DNA of 64,000 bases, from NCBI GenBank assembly GCA_964016885.1, contig OZ024757.1, positions 21,142,001 to 21,206,000 on the forward strand, read 5' to 3'. Position numbers and translations under genes: made by a program. The notes under the pieces were generated by a model, which was given only the letters and a program-made list of their open reading frames with translations, was not told the origin of the DNA and searched no databases. This document shows positions 13,527-26,329 of the stretch, one piece after another. Origin of the DNA: Eledone cirrhosa. Its lineage: Eukaryota. Numbering within the stretch: position 1 is the stretch's first letter; every line of letters starts with the position of its first letter.

Positions 13527-13883
13527 TTACCTAATCATAAAGGGTAAAGACCCCTTTGACCACAAATGACCATATGATTTGTATCTAGAAAGTTCCCCTC
13601 TGAGGCACAAGTCCAGACAAGGTTGTTTGTTGAAGACCAAAGAGTCGCCCATGCATACCAGCCCCCCCTCTCCACACCACTGATGTTGTCCAAGGGAAAG
13701 GCAATGGCTGATACAGCTTGGCATCAATGACATTGCAACTCATTTCTACAGCTGAGTGAACTGGAGTAACGTGAAATAAAGTGTCTTGCTCAAGGACACA
13801 ATGCATCACCTAGTCCAGGAATCATATTCACAATCTCACAATTGCAAGCCTGATGATCTAACCACTAAGCCATGTGCTATCAC
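13527..13883 (-). mobile_element. Older CORE-type SINE with a different 3' half
   Basis: CORE-like CTACAGCTGAGTGAACTGGAG..GAAATAAAGTGTCTTGCTCAAGG and the tRNA head CTAACCACTAAGCCATGTG. Confidence 0.75.
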
Positions 13884-14104
13884 TTAACAATCATAACCAA
13901 CAACTACAACAAACCTCAACTAACCAAAAAAGCACAAAATGGAAAGACCAAGTAAAAAGAATTAAAATGAAAACTAACCCACTATACTGGTACTAAGAGA
14001 GTGAACTTCTTCAGAACACAATATCCCTCATCTGGTTTCTGCTGTGGCCACCAGATAACTTAGTACCATTGTACTCTGTAATGTACCAAATACTTCATCA
14101 TTGG

Positions 14105-15030
14105 CTCAGAGGAATTGCCCAGGTCAACTTCACTCTGCCTCTCCAGATGTCCCTGTCCTCCAACACTGTTTTCAGGTCTTCGATTGCCAAACTAACATCT
14201 TTGGTCATTTGGTCAATATAAGTCATCTGAGGACGGCAGATGTGATATAAGTCATCTGAGGACGGCAGATGTGATATAAGTCATCTGAGGACCGCAGATG
14301 TGATATAAGTCATCTGAGGATGCCAGATGTGATATAAGTCATCTGAGGACACCAGATGTGATATAAGTAATCTGAGGACAGCAGATGTGATATAAGTCAT
14401 CTGAGGATGCCAGATGTGATATAAGTCATCTGAGGACACCAGATGTGATATAAGTCATCTGAGGATGCCAGATGTGATATAAGTCATCTGAGGGCAGTAG
14501 ATGTGATATAAGTCATCTGAGGATGCCAGACGTGATATAAGTCATCTGAGGATGCCAGATGTGATATAAGTCATCTGAGGACAGTAGATGTGATATAAGT
14601 CATCTGAGGATGCCAGACGTGATATAAGTCATCTGAGGATGCCAGACGTGATATAAGTCATCTGAGGATGCCAGATGTGATATAAGTCATCTGAGGATGC
14701 CAGATGTGATATAAGTCATCTGAGGACAGTAGATGTGATATAAGTCATCTGAGGATGCCAGACGTGATATAAGTCACCTGAGGATGGCAGATGTGATATA
14801 AGTCATCTGAGGACAGCAGATGTGATATAAGTCATCTGAGGACAGCAGATGTGATAGCAATCATCTGAGGATGCCAGATGTGAGAGTGTCCCTAGGTTGG
14901 CATCCACAAAAGAAGACTGCTAACAAGCTTCGTTAGCAGTGTCCAGCATATCTTATTCATCTTTCCCTAACTACAGCTGATACAGGAGGGATCTGTCCAT
15001 ATAGCTCTTCTTCCAGGACCTGTTCAGCTC
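14105..15030 (-). pseudogene. Degenerate RTE LINE C-terminus split by a 29-bp satellite
   Basis: Minus-strand translation YAGHC..LVSSLLLWMPT*GH..HPQMTYIDQMTKDVSLAIEDLKTVLEDRDIWRGRV. Confidence 0.7.
14216..14882. repeat. 29-bp minisatellite (GATATAAGTCATCTGAGGATGCCAGATGT)n, ~23 copies
   Basis: Direct periodicity. Confidence 0.97.
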
Positions 15031-15046
15031 TCCTTAATCATATTAA

Positions 15047-15235
15047 GGGCAGTGGATTGGCAGTATAGGTAGAGGGTCTGACGCCATGCTTTCCAGCATA
15101 GTTACGTCCCTTTATGGTCTGAGTTCAAATCCTGCCGAGGTTAACTTTGCCTTTCATCCTTACGGAGACGATAAAATAAAGTACCAGTAATGTACTGGGT
15201 AATTGCTGGCCTTGTGCCAAAAGTAGAAACAATTA
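15047..15235 (+). mobile_element. Full-length Deu/Nin-type SINE (family B)
   Basis: GGGCAGTGGATTGGCAGTATAGG A-box, GAGTTCAAATCC B-box, Deu-like core and tail. Confidence 0.85.
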
Positions 15236-15257
15236 ATCATATATATATATATTATGG

Positions 15258-15599
15258 AGGCACATGGCTTAGTGGTTAGAGCATTGGGCTTGCAATCGAA
15301 AAGTTGTGAGTTCAATTCTCAGACCGGGTGATGTGTTGTTTCCTTGAGCAAGCCACTTTATTTCACATTGCTCCAGTTTACTTAGCTGTAGAAATGAGAT
15401 GATAGGACTGGGGTCCATATCATTCCACTGCAAAGTGGTCGTGGCGGTGCCACGGCAAAAAAGCAACCAGCCCACACTGTAAAGGAGGTTGGTGTTAGGA
15501 AGGGCATCCAGCTGTAGAAATCAAGCCAGAATCAGTTCCCGTCCCACCCTTGCAAGCAGGGAGAAGCGGACGTAAAATGAAATGAAATGAATGAAATGA
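15258..15599 (+). mobile_element. Full-length CORE-type SINE (family A)
   Basis: A-box TGGCTTAGTGG, B-box GAGTTCAATTC, CORE-like CCTTGAGCAAG.CACTT...CTGTAGAAATG, RTE tail. Confidence 0.9.
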
Positions 15600-15819
15600 T
15601 ACCTGTATATATCAAAGGCAATGTTTGCTCATAATTTTTTCAAAATATTTACTTAGGCATCCACAGATAAATTTATCTCAATTTCAGAAAATCATGCTAC
15701 AGGATGAAAGTAGAAATTGTTTGCTTAAACTTTTAATCTGTGTTAATAACAAATATTTGCTCTACACGTTTATATCTTGGTCTTTGAATTTATTGTTACT
15801 ACTACTATATATATATATA

Positions 15820-16320
15820 TAGTTAAAGAAATGACAACACAAAGACAGGGATGCAAAAATACAAAGTTTTATTAGTGTCATGCTTTGGAGGAAGTAGAAG
15901 AAAGGGAGAGTTTGGAAAGAGAGAGAACAGGTTGGAACATTGAAGATTTGAAAAAAGTTTTTATGAAGGTTGGGGTAGGTAGGTGAGTGGTTCGGTATTT
16001 GAGAGTGGGGGGCCAAAGTGGAGACTCCAGTTGTGGGGTTGTGTGTGTTCCAATGAGGTGAATTTCATAGTTGTGTATTATTGCTTCTCTCTGTTTGTAC
16101 ATAGATTTATATAGATATATATTTCAAGTAGACAACAAACAGAGGTACAGAAAGTCTAAGTTTCATGCGTTATATGGAAAATGGGAAAGAAAGTTTGACA
16201 TATTGGGCTTTAGCCCTTCTTTAGGAATACACAATAGAGACAGGAACACAGAGGAGAAACAGAAACAAAGGAGGTCCAAGTAAAGAAAAGAAAATTGAAA
16301 ATAAAGAGTGTGTAATCTTA
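15820..16320 (-). mobile_element. Degenerate Penelope-like remnant
   Basis: KQREAII..LIGTHT resembles the GIY-YIG C-terminal R..E..I..LGT motif; decayed hammerhead-like CTAAAGA-AGGGC-TAAA-GCCC-(AATA)TGTC at ~16195-16228; TA flanks. Confidence 0.4.
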
Positions 16321-16330
16321 TTATATATAT

Positions 16331-16762
<432 letters not shown>

Positions 16763-17256
16763 ATATATATACTGTACTGATGAAGGGTGATACCCAGAAA
16801 CATTAGTGTCTGCAGTTCTGTTCGCATGCCAACATAAGAGCAAGAATGAAGGGTTCATTCTACTGACATGGCTATAAAATTGAGGCTTGTTTGCATAATT
16901 GCAAACGAATCGAATGTGTGTTATTAATACTTGAAAGACTCAGATTACATTTATATATATATATATATATATACATACAAGCCAAATCAGGACAACCCGT
17001 CTAACCCATGCTAGCGTGGAAGAACGGACGTAAAACGGTGATGATGATGATGATGATGACACAATTACGTACATATCAATCTACCTGTTTACCTTCCTAT
17101 CCTGATAAACACCCATTATAATAATGATAATGGTGATATGGTGCTGATAATGGTAAGACATTGTTGTGTCCGTATTAATTATATGAACATCACCTGGACA
17201 CTCAGGTGTGAGGGGGTGAGGGTGGCATGAAAATACAAATAGACTAATAAGCCAAT

Positions 17257-17425
17257 AAATAATTGTTTCTACTTTAGGCACAAGGCCAGCAATTACCCAG
17301 TGCATTACTGGTACTTTATTTTATCGACCCCGTAAGGATGAAAGGCAAAGTCAACCTCGGCGGGATTTGAACTCAGATCGTAAAGGGACGTAACTATGCT
17401 GAAAAGCATGGCGTCCGACCCTCTA
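17257..17425 (-). mobile_element. Deu/Nin-type SINE, 5'-truncated
   Basis: Family B sequence. Confidence 0.85.
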
Positions 17426-17480
17426 TATATAATAAAATATATTTGATTACATGAATGTCTATATTTATTAATATTTTGAA

Positions 17481-17521
<41 letters not shown>

Positions 17522-17525
<4 letters not shown>

Positions 17526-17751
17526 AGGATGACCGATGAGTGAAGAAGTGCCAGGAAATGCCAGTTGAAGGAAGACATGGTAGAGGTAGACCACGAAAAA
17601 CATGGGCGGAGGTGGTGAGAACAGACCTCAGATCGCTGAAGCTCATGGAGGAGATGACGAAGGACCGTGACAAGTGGAGAGATGCTGTGCTGAATAATAC
17701 CCGTCCCACCCTTGCAAGCAGGGAAAAGCGGACGTATGATGATGATGATGA

Positions 17752-17755
<4 letters not shown>
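17522..17755 (+). mobile_element. 5'-truncated RTE-clade LINE 3' end (putative partner of SINE family A)
   Basis: VKKCQEMPVEGRHGRGRPRKTWAEVVRTDL..DRDKWR, a typical RTE C-terminus, ending in (GAT)n; located in (TA)n. Confidence 0.85.
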
Positions 17756-17790
<35 letters not shown>

Positions 17791-18056
17791 CATACAACTT
17801 AACTAAAATCAATAGTTGGATATCAGTGATTGATTGCTAAGGTCGATTTTAAGTTCTGGTTCTTCGAATAATAAGGAATAAGAACTTTTTCCATCTCAAG
17901 TACATATTCTTCCTTGATATGCGTGCTTTGTATGTATACAAAATACAAAAATTTATCAAAGTTCTTTCATAACACATATATGTGACACCTTAAGTGATTA
18001 TCGTCTTTCCTCCAGTTGTGTTCCTATAACTTTTTTTTAATATAATATCTAGACAA

Positions 18057-18398
18057 TCATCATCATCATCATTATTTTACGTCCACTTTTTCCCTGCTTG
18101 CAAGGATGGGACGAGAACTGATTCTGGCTTGATTTCTACAGCTGGATGCCCTTCCTAACACCAACCTCATTTACAGTGAGTGCATAGTGCTTTTTTCCTG
18201 TGGCGGCTACACGTCCACTTTACAGTGGAAAGATAGGGACCCCAGTCCCTATCATCTCATTTCTACAGCTGAGTAAACTGGAGCAATGTGAAATAAAGTG
18301 TCTTGCTCAAGGAAACAACACATCACTCGGTCTGAGAATTGAACTCACAACCTTTCGATTGCAAGGCCAATGCTCTAACCACTAAGCCATGTGCCTCC
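18057..18398 (-). mobile_element. Full-length CORE-type SINE (family A)
   Basis: Reverse complement of family A. Confidence 0.9.
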
Positions 18399-19284
18399 AC
18401 GACCAGTAAACCAATAAGCAAACTTCGATAGCAAAAAGGACTCCCATAGAAAGATGGAACAGATGGACCAGAGCCATAGGGCACCTGAGAATAATGATCA
18501 GGTGAGAAACATAATTGCATATGCAGTAGTAAAACTACTCTAAAGAGTCACAAATTGTCTAAAATTAAAAACAAAATTGCTCGATATGCAAATTAGACTA
18601 ATCAGCCAATGTATACCTTTGAGAATATTATGTATTCTGAGCAGTTCCAGTGTGTCACAGTGATGAGAGGATACACAGATTCAATAAGGGGCAATAACTA
18701 TGAAACAATTGTCGACTGTTTTCTCTCTGCTACCACTGGAACAAAAGGACGACGTGGTCATCTATAAAACACATTTGGTGTTATGAGGCTGTTTGCTTGC
18801 AAATACTAATAATAATATGAAATTATTATTATTAACTCACGGATACATAAACATATATTTATATATACACACACGCATGCACACACACACACTACATAGG
18901 TGTGGAAAAAGTTTCAATCTAACATAACAAACAAGACACGTTTATCTCCCTCTCTCATCCCCCCCTCTCTCTCTCTCTCTCTCTCACACTCTCTCTCTCT
19001 CTAGATATACATTACATAAATGTAGGGAAAGTTTCAATCTAACGTAACAAGAGCGACATTACAAAATGTTGCTATCTGTTTGGAGAAGACAGACTAATGT
19101 ATATCATGTGACATGCTAGGTATATGTTAAACCTGTACAGAACATACCGGAACAGAGTTTGTTCTGGGATAAAAGTCACACACACCCCCTCCAACATACA
19201 CCCTCTACACCACCTCTAATATTCCACTGACACTATTCTGGTTGAGAATTGATAAAACACTTGTAATACTAAGATTAATTACAT

Positions 19285-20596
19285 AACCAACACCAACACC
19301 ACCACCATCATCTCCATCATCACCATCATAACCACCACCACCACCATCATCATCACCACCATCTTCATCTTCATCACCACCATCTTCATCACCATCATCT
19401 TCATCACCATCATCATCACCATCATCACCATCACCACCACCACCACCACTACCACCACCACCACCACTAATACCACCACCACCACTAATACCACCAACAC
19501 CACCACCACTAATACCACCAACACTACCAACACCACCACCACCACAACCAACAACACCACCACCACCACTACCAACACCACCACCACTACTAATACCACC
19601 ACCACTACCAACACCACCAACACCACCACCACTACTAATACCACCACCACTACCAACACCACCACCACCACCAACCACCACAACCAACACCACCACCATC
19701 ACTACTATTATGACCACGACCACCACTACCACTAATACCACCACCACCAACACCACCACCACTATTACTATTACCACTACCAGTAGTGGTGGTAATAGTG
19801 GTGATAGTGGTGGGTGGTGGTGGTGGTGGTAGTAATCATGATGATGATGATGATAATGATGGCAATGGTTTTGATGATGATGGTGATGATGATGATGGTG
19901 GTGGTGATGATGATGATGATGGTGATGGTGGTGGTGGTGGTGATGATGATGGTGATGAAGATGGTGATGGTGGTGATGATGATGGTGATGATGATGATGT
20001 TGGTGATGAAGATGGTGGTGGTGGTGATGATGGTGATGGTGGTGATGATGATGGTGGTGGTGATGATGGTGGTGGTGGTGATGATGGTGGTGGTGATGAT
20101 GATGGTGGTGATGATGATGGTGGTGGTGGTGGTGATGGTGATGAAGATGGTGGTGATGATGATGGTGGTGATGGTGATGAAGATGGTGATGGTGGTGATG
20201 ATGATGCTGGTGGTGGTGATGATGGTGGTGGTGATGATGATGGTGGTGGTGGTGATGATGGTGATGATGGTGGTGGTGGTGATGGTTATGATGGTGGTGG
20301 TGGTGATGATGATGGTGGCGGCAGTGGTGCTGATGGTGATGATGATGGTGATGATGGTGATGATGATGGTGATGATGATGGTGATGGTGGTGATGATGAT
20401 GGTGATGATGATGGTGATGGTGGTGATGGTGGTGGTGATGATGATAGTGGCGGCAGTGGTGATGGTGATGATGGTGATGATGATGGTGATGATGATGGTG
20501 ATGGTGGTGATGGTGGTGGTGATGATGATGGTGATGGTGGTGATGGTGGTGGTGATGGTGATAGTGGCGGCAGTGGTGATGGTGATGATGATGATG
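19285..20596. repeat. Trinucleotide tracts (ACC/ATC)n followed by (GGT/GAT)n, in inverted orientation
   Basis: Strand switch at ~19781 (CCACTAC-CA-GTAGTGG). Confidence 0.93.
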
Positions 20597-20851
20597 GGCA
20601 AATATTGTTCTCCCAGGATTGTGTATGAAGGAGAACCTGGAAATGGGTTAAAGAGGGGTGGGGCTGTAAAAGGGGCGAGGGGGGTAATTGGGGAGGGGGT
20701 TAAGAAGGGGGTACTAGGGGGTGGGGACTGGGTGTGTGTGTGTAAGAGGGGCAGTATTTTCATCTCACCTCACATCCAGTACATGTGTGAGTGTGTTTGC
20801 GTATGTGTGTATAGAATATGTATATGAGCGTATATCTGAATGTGTGCGTGC

Positions 20852-20918
<67 letters not shown>

Positions 20919-21008
20919 CGCATACACACACACATGGATGTGAGGAAGATGGATCATTCAGATATATACTCATATATATATTCTATATACACATACGCAA
21001 ACACACAC

Positions 21009-21043
<35 letters not shown>

Positions 21044-21186
21044 CATACACACACATACATATATATACACACACACATACATACATACATATATATACAC
21101 ACACACATACATACATACATACATATACACACACATACATACATATATATACACACACATACATACATATATATATATATATATAT

Positions 21187-21420
21187 GGAGGCACATGGCT
21201 TAGTGGTTAGAGCATTGGCCTTGCAATCGAAAGGTTGTGAGTTCAATTCTCGGACCGGGTGATGTGTTGTTTCCTTGAGCAAGACACTTTATTTCACATT
21301 GCTCCAGTTTACTCAGCTGTAGAAATGAGATGATAGGGACTGGGGTCCATATCATTCCACTGCAAAGTGGTCGTGGAGGTGCCACAGAAAAATAACACCC
21401 AGCACTCACTGTAAATGAGG
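21187..21420 (+). mobile_element. CORE-type SINE, 3'-truncated, fused to a hammerhead-family element end (21421-21555)
   Basis: Family A sequence stops at GTAAATGAGG and runs straight into ATGGTTTTATAAATATAGTTTCC...TTGAGTGC. Confidence 0.85.
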
Positions 21421-21549
21421 ATGGTTTTATAAATATAGTTTCCATTTATTAATATATTGTGTATTTACTCCACTAACCAGTTGAGTGCTTTATATCAGTT
21501 ATAAAACATTTCTAAGTTTGTTGAATCCCAACAAATTAAATATAACCTC

Positions 21550-21581
<32 letters not shown>

Positions 21582-21664
21582 CGTTATTCCGGATTGAATC
21601 GGAGGTAACCACAGTAAGTAAGGTACTCAATACATAGCAGAGTATAAAAGTTTTAATATAGATG

Positions 21665-21715
21665 AGATTCTACAGGACTAGAACTGTTTCATTCTTTAGA
21701 AATCATCAGGAATCT
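21665..21715 (-). ncRNA. Type I hammerhead ribozyme motif
   Basis: Reverse complement of 21910-21960. Confidence 0.7.
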
Positions 21716-21909
21716 GGGTATCAAAAAATAAAAATGGTATTTATAGGTCTCTACAAGTGGTAGGAGAGGGTGGGGAGTGGGATGGGTGTAGGTCATTGGT
21801 TGATAGAAAAGGGAATTCATTAAAACCAATGACCTACACCCATCCCACTCCCCACCCTCTCCTACCACTTGTAGAGACCTATAAATACCATTTTTATTTT
21901 TTGATACCC

Positions 21910-21960
21910 AGATTCCTGATGATTTCTAAAGAATGAAACAGTTCTAGTCCTGTAGAATCT
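21910..21960 (+). ncRNA. Type I hammerhead ribozyme motif
   Basis: AGATTC-CTGATGA-T TTCT AA AGAA T-GAAA-CAG ttctagtc CTG-TA-GAATCT; stems I and III pair, GUA triplet; stem II closes with a U-U mismatch. Confidence 0.7.
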
Positions 21961-22229
21961 CATCTATATTAAAACTATATATATATATATATATATATAT
22001 GTCAAATTAATATATTTCTTCATTGCAATTGTGTCCGTTGCTTTGTTATTTCTATTATATATATGGGAGGGCTATATGTATGTATATGTGCGTGTTTGTA
22101 TAGAATGTCAGTGTGTATATAGTGTCTATAGTGTATATAGTGTATGTATGCTGCCTCCCCCTCCCAGTTGTGCCCACCCTCACCTCTCAAACACTACTTA
22201 CTAATGAGTAGAGTGTCAGATTTCCAACA

Positions 22230-22265
22230 GATATATATATATATACACACCCATATATATACACT

Positions 22266-22301
<36 letters not shown>

Positions 22302-22511
22302 TATATATATATATACACACATATATATATATACACACATATATACACACACACATATATATATACGCACATATATACACACACATATATATATACACAC
22401 ACATATATACACACACACATATACACATACACACATATATATACACACACAATTATATAAATATATATACACACACACACATATATATATATACACACTC
22501 ACACACATATA

Positions 22512-22543
<32 letters not shown>

Positions 22544-22944
22544 CACACACACACACATATATATACACACACATATATATATATATATTTATACACATAT
22601 ATATACACACACATATATATATATATACACAAACACACACATATATATATACATACACACACATATATATATACACACACATATATACACACACATACAT
22701 ACATACACATATAAATATACACACACATATATATATATATATATATACATACACACACATATATATATATACACACACACACATATATATATACACATAT
22801 ATATACATACACACACATATATACATGCACACACATATATAAACATACACATATATATACATACACACACACATATATATATATAATACTTCACATAGAA
22901 CAATTTATATAATGTGTGTCTGTGTGTATATATGTATTTATATT

Positions 22945-23015
<71 letters not shown>

Positions 23016-23245
23016 CTGTGTGTGTAAGTATATCTATGTATATATGTATTTATATTTGTGTGTGTGTGTGTAGATATAAATATGTGTGTATATATATATA
23101 TGTGTGTGTAAGTATATCTATGTATATATGTATTTATATTTGTGTGTGTGTGTGTAGATATAAATATGTGTGTATATATATATATGTGTGTAAGTATATC
23201 TATGTATATATGTATTTATATTTGTATGTGCGTGTGTATATATAA

Positions 23246-23283
<38 letters not shown>

Positions 23284-23440
23284 AAGTATATCTATGTATA
23301 TATGTATTTATATTTGTATGTGTGTGTATATATAAATATGTGTGTATATATATATATATATGTGTGTGTAAGTATATCTATGTATATATGTATTTATATT
23401 TGTATGTGTGTGTGTATATATATATGTGTGTGTGTGTGTG
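22230..23440. repeat. Compound (CA/TA)n followed by (TG/TA)n microsatellites
   Basis: Direct reading. Confidence 0.95.
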
Positions 23441-23679
23441 CATGTACAAGGCACTACTAAAAGGTGGTAGGGGTGAGGGTAGCACCTGATCAAATTACAC
23501 TGGTAGTGGAATGGGTGTCTCTCAGGTTGGGCCAGCTTATTGTAGGATTGGTGCATATATTGTATAATGGTTGGGGGGGGGGGGGGGGGGGCACAATTAC
23601 CATCCAGTTGGGTGCCTGAGGAATTTCCGGGTCAAGGTGGAAGAAAATGTTAAATGATGAACAAAGCTTTAACCAGCAG

Positions 23680-25475
23680 ACTGGTTGCCAATGAATCTAG
23701 CTGGCAACTTTAATCAATGAACTGGTTGCTAGTGAATTTAGCTGGCAACTTTAATCAAAGAACTGGTTGCTAGTGAATTTAGCTGGCAACTTTAATCAAT
23801 GAACTGGTTGCCAGTGAATCTAGCTGGCAACTTTAATCAATGGACTGGTTGCCAGTGAATTTAGCTGGCAACTTTAATCAATGAACTGGTTGCCAGTGAA
23901 TTTAGCTGGCAACTTTAATCAATGAACTGGTTGCCAGTGAATCTAGCTGGCAACTTTAATCAAAGAACTGGTTGCTAGTGAATTTAGCTGGCAACTTTAA
24001 TCAATGAACTGGTTGCTAGTGAATTTAGCTGGCAACTTTGATCAATGGACTGGTTGCCAGTGAATTTAGCTGGCAACTTTAATCAATGAACTGGTTGCCA
24101 GTGAATTTAGCTGGCAACTTTAATCAATGAACTGGTTGCCAGTGAATTTAGCTGGCAACTTTAATCAATGAACTGGTTGCCAGTGAATTTAGCTGGCAAC
24201 TTTAATCAAAGAACTGGTTGCCAGTGAATTTAGCTGGCAACTTTAATCAAAGAACTGGTTGCCAGTGAATTTAGCTGGCAATTTTAATCAATGAACTGGT
24301 TGCTAGTGAATTTAGCTGGCAACTTTAATCAATGAACTGGTTGCCAGTGAATTTAGCTGGCAACTTTAATCAATGAACTGGTTGCTAGTGAATTTAGCTG
24401 GCAACTTTAATCAATGGACTGGTTGCCAGTGAATTTAGCTGGCAACTTTAATCAATGAACTGGTTGCCAGTGAATTTAGCTGGCAACTTTAATCAATGAA
24501 CTGGTTGGCAGTGAATTTAGCTGGCAACTTTAATCAATGAACTGGTTGCCAGTGAATTTAGCTGGCAACTTTAATCAAAGAACTGGTTGTCAGTGAATTT
24601 AGCTGGCAACTTTAATCAATGAACTGGTTGCCAGTGAATCTAGCTGGCAACTTTAATCAATGAACTGGTTGCCAGTGAATCTAGCTGGCAACTTTAATCA
24701 AAGAACTGGTTGCCAGTGAATTTAGCTGGCAACTTTAATCAATGAACTGGTTGCTAGTGAATTTAGCTGGCAACTTTAATCAATGGACTGGTTGCCAGTG
24801 AATTTAGCTGGCAACTTTAATCAATGAACTGGTTGCCAGTGAATTTAGCTGGCAACTTTAATCAATGAACTGGTTGCCAGTGAATTTAGCTGGCAACTTT
24901 AATCAATGAACTGGTTGCCAGTGAATTTAGCTGGCAACTTTAATCAATGAACTGGTTGCCAGTGAATTTAGCTGGCAACTTTAATCAATGAACTGGTTGC
25001 CAGTGAATTTAGCTGGCAACTTTAATCAAAGAACTGGTTGCCAGTGAATTTAGCTGGCAACTTTAATCAATGAACTGGTTGCTAGTGAATTTAGCTGGCA
25101 ACTTTAATCAAAGAACTGGTTGCTAGTGAATTTAGCTGGCAACTTTAATCAATGAACTGGTTGCCAGTGAATCTAGCTGGCAACTTTAATCAATGGACTG
25201 GTTGCCAGTGAATTTAGCTGGCAACTTTAATCAATGAACTGGTTGCCAGTGAATTTAGCTGGCAACTTTAATCAATGAACTGGTTGCCAGTGAATCTAGC
25301 TGGCAACTTTAATCAAAGAACTGGTTGCCAGTGAATTTAGCTGGCAACTTTAATCAAAGAACTGGTTGCCAGTGAATTTAGCTGGCAATTTTAATCAATG
25401 AACTGGTTGCTAGTGAATTTAGCTGGCAACTTTAATCAATGAACTGGTTGCTAGTGAATTTAGCTGGCAACTTTA
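23680..25475. repeat. 41-bp satellite, ~44 copies, with internal palindrome GTTGCCAG-N9-CTGGCAAC
   Basis: Unit AACTGGTTGCCAGTGAATTTAGCTGGCAACTTTAATCAATG. Confidence 0.97.
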
Positions 25476-25773
25476 ACGAGTAATCTAAGCAATTGTAAAT
25501 TAACCGTGGGACCAATTAGACATGGTGTCAGCCATGGGGTTTACCATGGAGCTCTGTTACTATTGATAGGTTGGATGCCGAGTGCTGCATGGCTAGAATG
25601 AAAATCAGTGCTGTGAAAACTGAGATATTCGTCCTCTCAAGGAAGCCTGCAGAGTACACTCTACATGTGAATGGAGTTCCATTGAAGCAGGTGGAGAAGT
25701 TCAAGTATCTTGGGATCATGTTCACGAGTAATGGAAGGCAGGAGGCTGAATTAAGTGCAAGAATTGCAAAAGC

Positions 25774-26117
25774 TGGCTTAGTGGTTAGAGCATTGGCCTT
25801 GCAATCGAAAGGTTGTGACTTCAATTCTCAGACCGGGTGATGTGTTGTTTCCTTGAGCAAGACACTTTATTTCACATTGCTCCAGTTCACTCAGCTGTAG
25901 AAATGAGATGATAGGGACTGGGGTCCATATCATTCCACTGTAAAGTGGTCGTGGAGGTGCCACGGCAAAAAAGTACCCAGCACTCACTGTAAATGAGGTT
26001 GGTGTTAGGAAGGGCATCCAGCTGTAGATATCAAGCCAGAATCAGTTCCCGTCCCACCCTTGCAAGCAGGGAAAAGTGGACGTAAAATGAAATGATGATG
26101 ACGATGATGATGATGAT
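25774..26117 (+). mobile_element. CORE-type SINE nested inside the RTE ORF
   Basis: Removing the family A sequence restores AKAG-AVMRQ. Confidence 0.9.
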
Positions 26118-26329
26118 GCAGTAATGCGCCAGCTTCACCATTCAGTAATCAGAAGAAGGGAGGTAGGCGTAAAAGCCAAACTCGCTGCCTTCAATTTGGT
26201 TTTCATGCCAACCCTTACCTATGGTCATGAATCTTGGGTAATGACTGAGAGAATACAATCACGAATACAAGCGGCCGAAATGGGGTTCCTCTGAAGGGTC
26301 TTTGGAGTAACGCTACTCAAAGTACGTAG

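Larger units (their letters stand above)
21581..21977. mobile_element. Fold-back non-autonomous Penelope-like element (hammerhead family 2) in (TA)n
   Basis: ~153-bp inverted arms 21649-21801 and 21824-21977, a hammerhead in each arm, (TA)n on both sides; homologues at 59681-59970 and 29634-30008. Confidence 0.7.

Noticed and set aside
15258-15330. tRNA-like sequence with A and B boxes
   Set aside because: It is the SINE head, continuous with the CORE domain in every copy, not a tRNA gene
18415-18505. Possible exon (QVPYGSGPSVPSFYG on minus, or a plus-strand GTGAGA donor)
   Set aside because: No matched splice-site pair and no recognisable protein
19205-20827. Gly/Asp-rich or Thr/Ile-rich ORFs
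   Set aside because: Trinucleotide microsatellite translations without splice or codon evidence
23680-25475. Palindromic repeat array resembling CRISPR
   Set aside because: No unique spacers; it is a pure tandem satellite
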